DNA of 64,000 bases from Armatimonadota bacterium (GTDB lineage: Bacteria; Armatimonadota; SYMT01): positions 142,150-206,149 of the forward strand of contig JAWLHY010000014.1 in the NCBI GenBank assembly GCA_041690135.1, written 5' to 3'. Position 1 is the stretch's first letter; each line of letters begins with the position of its first letter. The notes beneath the pieces are model-generated. The model made no database searches. It was not told the origin of the DNA and saw only the letters and a list, made by a program, of their open reading frames with translations. Shown one piece after another: positions 57,064-64,000 of this stretch. Made by a program: the position numbers and the translations under genes.

Positions 57064-58629
57064 TTGAACAGGCGCCAACTCATCTCATTCGTGCCCGCCA
57101 CGCTGCTGGGGGGACTCTGCCTTCCCGCTTACGGCGCCGATGAGCACCTCTCCGACGCCCGCACCGCCCGGGCCGTGGCCCTGGAGATCCCCCGGACCAC
57201 CCTGCGGCAGGCCGTTCAGGTTCTGTCCCAGGGCACGGAAGTGCCGTTGTCGGTGACCCCCGTTCTCTCCGAGTTGCCGCTCACGGGCTACGTGCCTACC
57301 CGCCCGCTGCGGGAGATCATGGGCGCGCTCGCCACGCTGTTCGACGGCGCCTGGGTGGCGCAGCCCGGCAACCCCGCAGGGTACCGGCTGGAGCCCGATC
57401 CCGTCGCAGCCAAATCCGCGCTGGCCGCCCGGGAGGCGCTGCTGAAGAAACTGCGGAAGGAGTGGGACGACACTTCCGCCGACGTGACCCGTAAGATCCA
57501 GACCGGGATGCTCACCCCGGCGGGCCGTACCCAGCAGGTCCAGGTGTTCGCTAACCTGATCTGGCACCTCACCCCACCGGCCGAGCGCGACCGGGTGATG
57601 AACGGTGCGACCGTGAGCTTCCCGATTGCTGAGGCCCAGGCTCGGCCGATCTACGAGTTGATGCTCGCCCTCTCCAGCAAAGCTGTCCAGCCACTAAGCG
57701 GTCCCCTGATGGCGACCATCGACCTCGAGGACCGCGCCGACACGGCTTTCCCCCTGGTGCGCACCCGCGCCACGGCGCGCCGGGAGAACTCGATTCTCTC
57801 CATCATCACCGCCAGCCTGGAGTTCCCCTCCCAGCCCGCCAAGAAAGAAGGGGAAACGACCGATAGCTTTGCGGGGGATTACGAATTCTCGAACGGAGTG
57901 GGGGAGAACGGCCGCTTCAACGGCACCCGCGACGAGATCCTGATGCAGGTTGCCAAGACGGCCGGCACGCCGATCCTGTCGCGACACCGTGCTTACGGCG
58001 CCAGCGCCGGCATCGGAGGCGGTGGTCGCAAGCTTTCGCAGGTCGTCGAGGATCTTGCCACCGCGTCGGACGCGGTCGCTTCCAGCACTTCCCGCGGCTT
58101 CCACTTGATCCGGAGCCGCACCGAGCCCATCGATTTCCTGGGGCTCGTGCCGCGGGAGCGCCTGCAGGCGTTTGTCTCCCGCCTTCCGTCCCCGGAGAAG
58201 GCCGTGCCCCTGGAGACCCTCGTCGAACTGGCGCCGCTGACCTCGCTCCAGCTTTCCGTCCTCCACCGGAGCAACGTGGCCCTGGAGCCGGTCGGCTTCG
58301 CGCGGGAGACCTACGCGCTCATCCGGTTCTTCCACGCCCTTAAGCCGGAGCAGCGAGCGGCGCTGTTCACCAAGGAGGGGCTGGATGCCGCCGGCCTTTC
58401 CCACCTCCAGCTCCACCTGCTGCTCGACCAGCGCGACAAGCGGGGCGACTTCGATATCTACGAGCACCTCCAGGAGATCCGCGGCCTCCGCTTCCGCTTC
58501 ATGCCGGAAACCGACGAGGACGGCGAGGGCCTGACCCTGCAGCTCTTCCGGGGCGACATGCTCGTCTCCACCCAAAGCCTCGACCTGCCGGTCTACGAGC
58601 CCGACCCTCAACCTACCATCGTCAAGTAG
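57064..58629 (+). CDS. Hypothetical secreted protein
   Basis: GGAGGGG RBS + TTG; NRRQLI signal; STN-like N-terminal domain; host-like codon use. Confidence 0.7.
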   Translation: MNRRQLISFVPATLLGGLCLPAYGADEHLSDARTARAVALEIPRTTLRQAVQVLSQGTEVPLSVTPVLSELPLTGYVPTRPLREIMGALATLFDGAWVAQPGNPAGYRLEPDPVAAKSALAAREALLKKLRKEWDDTSADVTRKIQTGMLTPAGRTQQVQVFANLIWHLTPPAERDRVMNGATVSFPIAEAQARPIYELMLALSSKAVQPLSGPLMATIDLEDRADTAFPLVRTRATARRENSILSIITASLEFPSQPAKKEGETTDSFAGDYEFSNGVGENGRFNGTRDEILMQVAKTAGTPILSRHRAYGASAGIGGGGRKLSQVVEDLATASDAVASSTSRGFHLIRSRTEPIDFLGLVPRERLQAFVSRLPSPEKAVPLETLVELAPLTSLQLSVLHRSNVALEPVGFARETYALIRFFHALKPEQRAALFTKEGLDAAGLSHLQLHLLLDQRDKRGDFDIYEHLQEIRGLRFRFMPETDEDGEGLTLQLFRGDMLVSTQSLDLPVYEPDPQPTIVK

Positions 58630-58748
58630 GGACTTATTTGGCCCTCCCTCCGAGCTAGGCTGTATCAAGAGGTGCCGACGCCACCGTTCCTAGCCTGCGG
58701 AGGCAGGCTTCGCCTTGTGTAGGTGTGAGTTTACTCGCCCAGCCGAAG

Positions 58749-59411
58749 CTACCGGGTCTTGATCGTCTCCATCAGCTTGTCCCAGCCCGGCTTGGCGGCG
58801 GCCACGCTCTTCGCCGGGCCGACGATCCGGAGGTAGTAGGGACCGTCTCCGCCCTCGCCCGTGGTCTCCACGATGGCGGCGAGCATCCGGTAATCCGGGC
58901 GCGGCGTGAACTCCGTCGAGCGCGGGAACGGACGGTCCATGTAGGTCCCCGGAATATCCACGGCGGTGATCCGCAGCCCTTCGCGCGTGCTCTCGGTCCG
59001 CTTGGCGACCGCCTCCGTGTCGCCGCCGTCCGGCTGGCGCATCAGGCCGTACCAGCGCTTGATGTTGTCCTCCAACGTGCCGCCGCCACCCTTGCCGAAG
59101 TAGAAGACGATGAACTCCGTCTTGGCGGTGTCGCCGGTCGCCTTCGGCACCAGGTGCTGCGAGAGGCGGAACTCGTTCGTCGGCGGCTGCGGGTCCCAGT
59201 TGCCCGGCACCAAGCCCAGCAGGGTTCCGATCTCGATCTCGCGCGGCTCCACCGGCTTCGGTGCGGCGGACTTGGTCGCGGATTTCGCCGGTGCCTTCTT
59301 GGCGGGGGCCTTCTTGGCGGGGGCCTTCTTCGCCGGGGCTTTCTTCGCGGGCGCCGCATGCGCCGGGACCAGCGCAACCAACGTCAGGGGGAGGAGGGAC
59401 CAGTAACGCAT
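58749..59411 (-). CDS. Hypothetical secreted protein with an AKKAP-repeat linker
   Basis: Signal peptide, (PAKKA)n repeats, core FYFGKGGGGTLEDNIKRW...GTY...YRMLAAIVET...YYLRIVGP. Confidence 0.8.
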   Translation of the reverse strand: MRYWSLLPLTLVALVPAHAAPAKKAPAKKAPAKKAPAKKAPAKSATKSAAPKPVEPREIEIGTLLGLVPGNWDPQPPTNEFRLSQHLVPKATGDTAKTEFIVFYFGKGGGGTLEDNIKRWYGLMRQPDGGDTEAVAKRTESTREGLRITAVDIPGTYMDRPFPRSTEFTPRPDYRMLAAIVETTGEGGDGPYYLRIVGPAKSVAAAKPGWDKLMETIKTR

Positions 59412-59802
59412 CGCAGAAATCCTTCAGGGCGGAGTAAGGAGATCCCGCCCTCACGAATCCATTCCGGGCGGCACGCCCCAGTTCCTTCTACCCGGACGAC
59501 CGTTAGCAAACGCAAGGGCCGGCCACCCTCAGGTGCACCGGCCCTTCCGCTTTCCCGCAGGCTTCTATGGAGTTACGACCAGCCAGGGTATACCTTGCCG
59601 TGAAGAATTCCAAACAGGTAAAGAAGAAGATGATAAGGATAAAGATTAGGAAGCCGAACCGGTAAGGATAAGGAAGCAAGCAGGATAAAGATAAGGAAGC
59701 TATCGACCCCGCCCTCCTTCTCCGTACCCTCCCGCCCACACGATCTTTGGCCTTCGGTCCTCGTTATCTTTATCCTTACCTCCCGTCGTCCTTATCCTCA
59801 TC

Positions 59803-60933
59803 ATGGGACCGATCCTCATCCTGACTCAGGGTTTTGCGGGTGACCGCCTTGGCGCCCATCTCATCCCCGGCCTCCGCGCCCGCTTTCCGGACATCGAGTT
59901 GATCGGTCTCGGCGGGCCGCGCATGGAAGAGCAGGGGGTGCGCCTCGTCGCGCGGACGGACCGCATCTCCGCCATGGGAGTTTCCGGGCTGCTGCCCCAG
60001 GTGCCGCGCATCCTCGGGACCATGCGCCAGGCCGCCGCCGCGACCCGGGACCCGCTGCCGGCCTGCGTTATCGCGGTGGACGTCTGGCAGCCGCTCCGGT
60101 TTCTTCACCGGTTCGGTCCCCATCTCCAGGCGCTGCCGCACCTTTGCTACCTGCCGCCCGGCCCCAACTTCATCGGCCAGAGCCGGGTCCACCGGGCCGC
60201 CGCGGAACGGTTTGCGTCGGTCATCACGCCGTTCCCGCATCAAGCGCGCCTCTACGGGGAAGCGGGCGCCCGCGTCCGCCTGGCCGCCCACGCGGGGCTA
60301 CAGGCCTGCCTGCGAGAAACCCGGCCGCTCCCCTGGGACCAGCGGGAAAACCTGCTGGCTATCCTGCCCGGAAGCCGCGCGGCGGAGATCTCCAGCAGCC
60401 TGCCGGTGCAATACGCCGCCGCCCGCCGAGTCCAGGAGCGACATCCGGAACTGAAGCCCGTGGTCTGCTGCGCCAGCGCCGAGGTGGCCCGCCTCGTCGA
60501 GCGGCGTTACCCCGGACTGGAGCATCGTCCCAACGCCCGGGAGGTGCTGGCCCGTGCCCGCTTCGGCATCATCTGCAGCGGCACCGCCTCCCTCGAGGCC
60601 GCCGTGCTCGGCTGTCCTGGGGTGGTCACCTACAACGGCACCGCCCTTCAGCGCTGGGAGTGGCACACCTTCCACGTCTCCAAGCTCACGGAACTCCGCG
60701 CGCGGGGTATCGCTTCGCCCTACGTTGCCCTCCCTAACATCCTTGCGGGCCGGGAACTCTACCCCGAGATCATCGACGCCCCCGCCGACCGGATCGCCGA
60801 GGCCGCCCTGGCCGAGCTTGCCGGAGACCCCGCGGCCCGCCACGCCGCCCTGGACGAGATCACCCGCACCCTCCCCTGGGACGACGCCGGCCAGGTCATC
60901 GCCGAGGAACTGGCCGGTGCCATTACTCCATAG
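59803..60933 (+). CDS. Divergent lipid-A-disaccharide synthase-like glycosyltransferase (LpxB-like)
   Basis: GDRLGA, GLGGPRM, AMG, LLPGSR-like ILPGSRAAEI, SGTASLEAA, YVALPNILAGRELYPE. Confidence 0.75.
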   Translation: MGPILILTQGFAGDRLGAHLIPGLRARFPDIELIGLGGPRMEEQGVRLVARTDRISAMGVSGLLPQVPRILGTMRQAAAATRDPLPACVIAVDVWQPLRFLHRFGPHLQALPHLCYLPPGPNFIGQSRVHRAAAERFASVITPFPHQARLYGEAGARVRLAAHAGLQACLRETRPLPWDQRENLLAILPGSRAAEISSSLPVQYAAARRVQERHPELKPVVCCASAEVARLVERRYPGLEHRPNAREVLARARFGIICSGTASLEAAVLGCPGVVTYNGTALQRWEWHTFHVSKLTELRARGIASPYVALPNILAGRELYPEIIDAPADRIAEAALAELAGDPAARHAALDEITRTLPWDDAGQVIAEELAGAITP

Positions 60934-61019
60934 GATGTCTTCACCACGGAGGCACCGAGACACGGAGAGCACACGGAGAGGGGCTGATAGTTCCCGGTTC
61001 ACGTCTTTCGAGCGTACTC

Positions 61020-61454
61020 TCAAACCACCGGTTCTCCGGCAGTGCCCTCGCTCTCGCTCTCGCTCCGCAACGCCAGATCGAGCGCCTGGGTCAGGTCGCC
61101 CTGGTGTTCCGAAGGTGATTTCCCGGTGGTTTGCCGGATCAACACGGCCTTGGCACACGAATCGCTCAACCGGAAGACGTACCGCACGATATCCATGGCA
61201 TCCAGTGGGTGGAATTCCTGCGCGGTGAGCCGGTCGAAGGCCTCCTCCGGGGTGCTGCACGTTCCCAAGGCTTCCCGATAGGACTCCAGCACCTGCCGCC
61301 GAGCCCAGGCCTCGGATTTTCCGAATGCATCGGCTACCGTGGAAATCACGGTGAACAGCAACGCCCGCTCCTGCCGCAGGCCCTGCACGATTTCCTGGAG
61401 CGTGCTTCCCTGGAGGCGCATCGTCCGGTATTTCTGTGCGTCGATCTTCATCAT
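61020..61454 (-). CDS. Hypothetical protein
   Basis: Helical 144-aa ORF with an internal duplication (TVADAFGKSEAWAR / IVRYVFRLSDSCAK). Confidence 0.55.
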   Translation of the reverse strand: MMKIDAQKYRTMRLQGSTLQEIVQGLRQERALLFTVISTVADAFGKSEAWARRQVLESYREALGTCSTPEEAFDRLTAQEFHPLDAMDIVRYVFRLSDSCAKAVLIRQTTGKSPSEHQGDLTQALDLALRSESESEGTAGEPVV

Positions 61455-61489
61455 TATGCTCTTACAAGCGGGCTCCAGCGGAGCAAGGA

Positions 61490-62050
61490 GCACCCTCGGC
61501 ACGGTTCTCGGGTGGGCGAGTGAACTCGCGGCTACACATGGCGAAGCCCGTACGGGCTGAGGACACACGAGTACAAGAACTTCTCCTTATGACGGTCGCA
61601 TTGATCGTGACAAGAACTCTAGGTGTACACACCCAATGTATGCGAGGAGCCGACGGAGGTCGGCTTTGCTGTGTGTAGCCGCGGCTTGAGCCGCTTGGTT
61701 ATGGCAGGCACCGTTGGGATAAGGATCACCCTCGGCACGGTTCTCGGGTGGGCGAGTGACGACCCACGAGTGGGTGCTCCGGCTACAAACGGCGAAGCCC
61801 TTACGGGTTGGGAACCCGTTGGTACTCAAGCCTGCGTAGTGAATAGCCCGTTTGATCGTGGCAGTTACGTCCGTTGCGAGGGGGCGGAATGCCCGAGGAG
61901 CCGACGCAGGTTTACGCCCCGAGGGGGTGTCGGCTTCACTGTGTGTAGCCACGGCTTGAGCCGCTTGGGTACCGCAGGCGCCATTGGAGAAACGGATGCT
62001 GGTTGTAACCGCGGCTTGAGTACACCCGGCGGAGCATAGGGCCGCTGGGG
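61490..62050. repeat. REP cluster
   Basis: CACCCTCGGCACGGTTCTCGGGTGGGCGAGTGA twice (~61491, ~61727); GTGTGTAGCC(G/A)CGGCTTGAGCCGCTTGG at ~61671 and ~61941; related copies at 34135-34180 and 58690-58745. Confidence 0.8.
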
Positions 62051-62157
62051 CAACCCGCCCGCCCTCTGGACTATGGGTCACTGCCAACCACCCGCGTCCC
62101 GTGCGCATTCTGGAAGTAAAACCGCACTCATGGCCGGGTACTGTACCGGTACCGCCG

Positions 62158-62577
62158 ATGCGACTGGGCGAGCGAAGTGCCGGAGGAACCCTCATCCGCA
62201 ACAACACGCACTTGCGCTTAACTCTCGCAATCGCGGCGGTATGCATCGCTGTCATCGCCCTCGCCTGCCTTGGGTTGGGAGCCTGGCAGCGGAACTCCTG
62301 GCGCGCCCACGAGCAGATCCAGCACATCCCACCCGGGACCACCGCGCCGGAGGTCATCCGTCGCGCCGGACGCCCTCCGGCCCAGATCCTCACCACGGCA
62401 CGGGGCCTGCGCCAGACCGCCGGAGCCTGGGGCTGCACCGCGGTCCCTTCCTGGGATGCCGGGGTCCGGCGTGCCTTTATGTACACGCACTTCGACCATC
62501 CCGACCTCTACTTCCTGTACTTCGACGCCGACGACCGACTTCTCCGTATCGTCTCTTGTCGTCGTCGCGGCCGTTAA
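62158..62577 (+). CDS. Hypothetical membrane-anchored protein (BamE/SmpA-like pattern)
   Basis: TM segment, then IPPGTTAPEVIRRAGRP...Y...LYFDADDRL. Confidence 0.5.
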   Translation: MRLGERSAGGTLIRNNTHLRLTLAIAAVCIAVIALACLGLGAWQRNSWRAHEQIQHIPPGTTAPEVIRRAGRPPAQILTTARGLRQTAGAWGCTAVPSWDAGVRRAFMYTHFDHPDLYFLYFDADDRLLRIVSCRRRGR

Positions 62578-63070
62578 CCCATCACCACTGGCGTACCCAG
62601 GGGATGGGGCTCACTGCATGGTTGGGCGACGGGTGCTAAACCATGGCGGTGGGTCACCGCATTCGCGACTTCCACAATCATAACGGGTGCGTTCCGTGAC
62701 CAAGGATGTGGACGAGATGCACCTCGTGTGCGTACCGTAACCAACGGCCATCGCCCAAGAGGCACCCGCCTCTGCTACCTTCCCTATCCAGTTCGACCAC
62801 ATATGAGCCCTCATTCCTTGCTCTTACTCCGTGGTATTCTCCGTGTTCTTCGTTGCCCACGCGGTGTTCGAAGCGTGGTCGCGTTACCGTAGCCTCTTCC
62901 TCCCAATCTCCTCGAAATCTGTGAAATCTGTGGCTCCCCTCCTTACCGTTATCGATCGGGGGTTAACCGGGGAGGCGGTTGGAACCTGAACAGCGAAAGA
63001 AGAGTCGCAACCCGGGGGGACTCACGATTGCCGGCCCTCCCTGCCCGTTTCCACACCGGAGATTCCAACC

Positions 63071-64000
63071 TTGTCGACCTCGCAGTATTCCCTCGTCGCC
63101 GCCGCCCTGATCCTGACCGGTGTGGTCTCCGTCGCCGGGGCTGGTAAACCCCACACGCTGCCGCCTTCCTCGGCGGCCGAGGGCGCCTACCTCCAGCTTC
63201 CGCTCACCTTCGAGCGCGGTGAGAACTCCGGAAGGGAGGCCAACAGGGCCGCGCCCTTCGTTACCCGCGGCGCGGGGTATGCCGTCTACCTCCAGCCTAC
63301 GGAAGCCCAGCTCCTCACGGCTCCTGCCGCTTCCTCCACCACGGTTCCGCACGCTCGCCCCTCCTCCGCCGGCCGTATCTCCCTGCGGTTTGCCGGGGCC
63401 AACCCGGAGGCCCGGCTGGAGCCGCGCGATCCCGTCTCCGGCGAGAGTCATTACCTGCGAGGGCGGGATCCCCGGCGCTGGCGGACCCATGTGAAGCAGT
63501 ACGCGCGCGTGGAGGCCGAGGACGTCTACCCGGGCATCGACCTGGTCTACTACGGACGCCAGGGCCGGCTGGAGTACGACTTTGTGGTGGCTCCCGGCGC
63601 CGACCCGCACGCCATTCGCCTGGAGTTTTCCGGCGCCCGCGCAGCCACACTCGACCCCTCTGGCAACCTCATCCTCAATACCCCCGGCGGCGAGATTCGC
63701 CAGCAGAAGCCCTTCGTTTACCAGGATCTCGACGGTCGCCGCATCGAAATCCCCGCCCACTACGTCCTCGCCGACCAGGCGGGTCCCGAACTTTCCACTT
63801 TCAACCTTCGACCTTCAACCCGTAACCCGGAACCTTCAACCCGTAACCCGCAACCTTCAACCTTCAACCTTCAACCTTTAACTTCTGTCCGCTTGGCCCT
63901 GGCGGACTACGACCGCACGCGCCCGCTGGTGATCGATCCGGTCCTGGCCTTCTCCACCTATCTGGGCGGCAGCGGGAGCGATGGCGCCTTCAGCGTGGCC
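63071..64000 (+). CDS. SBBP-repeat cell-surface protein, N-terminal part (truncated by the window edge)
   Basis: GGAG + TTG 63071; manual translation LPLTFE...LRFAGAN...YLRG...W...YARV...VYPGIDLVYYG...LEYDFVVAPGADP...YDRTRPLVIDPVLAFSTYLGGSGSD. Confidence 0.88.
   Translation, partial: MSTSQYSLVAAALILTGVVSVAGAGKPHTLPPSSAAEGAYLQLPLTFERGENSGREANRAAPFVTRGAGYAVYLQPTEAQLLTAPAASSTTVPHARPSSAGRISLRFAGANPEARLEPRDPVSGESHYLRGRDPRRWRTHVKQYARVEAEDVYPGIDLVYYGRQGRLEYDFVVAPGADPHAIRLEFSGARAATLDPSGNLILNTPGGEIRQQKPFVYQDLDGRRIEIPAHYVLADQAGPELSTFNLRPSTRNPEPSTRNPQPSTFNLQPLTSVRLALADYDRTRPLVIDPVLAFSTYLGGSGSDGAFSVA

Noticed and set aside
59540-59590. ZTP or c-di-GMP-II riboswitch
   Set aside because: Only a few bases resemble the consensus; the core pairing elements were not found.

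Overview
High-GC bacterial chromosomal window. It probably comes from a diderm, non-actinobacterial lineage such as Armatimonadota; this is inferred from UBact, the LpxB-like gene, DUF1501 and PEP-CTERM content. It holds sdhCAB and a complete UBact-proteasome locus (arc/mpa ... dop-ubact-prcB-prcA-Uma2-pafA, minus strand). It also holds a compositionally atypical subtilase with a free-standing prodomain-like partner, a His-rich NicO/RcnA-type metal transporter, and a ~21 kb MoxR/DUF58/vWA (Bat-like) cluster interrupted by a RAYT transposase and small inserted genes. Further on are a VIT/PEP-CTERM protein with its dedicated exosortase, a divergent LpxB-like glycosyltransferase and many REP-like repeats. 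The most notable result is a second, stand-alone pupylation-like module absent from the ORF track. It is a 51-aa Pup/UBact-like ORF ending in -SGE (50324-50479), then a perfect 36-nt palindrome, then a highly divergent PafA/Dop-family ligase that appears to keep most catalytic residues (50558-52057). Also notable are 19-nt and 20/21-nt modules precisely inserted into several REP families (both filled and empty sites are visible), and repeats translated in frame inside genes. All family assignments come from motif recognition by eye; no database searches were run.
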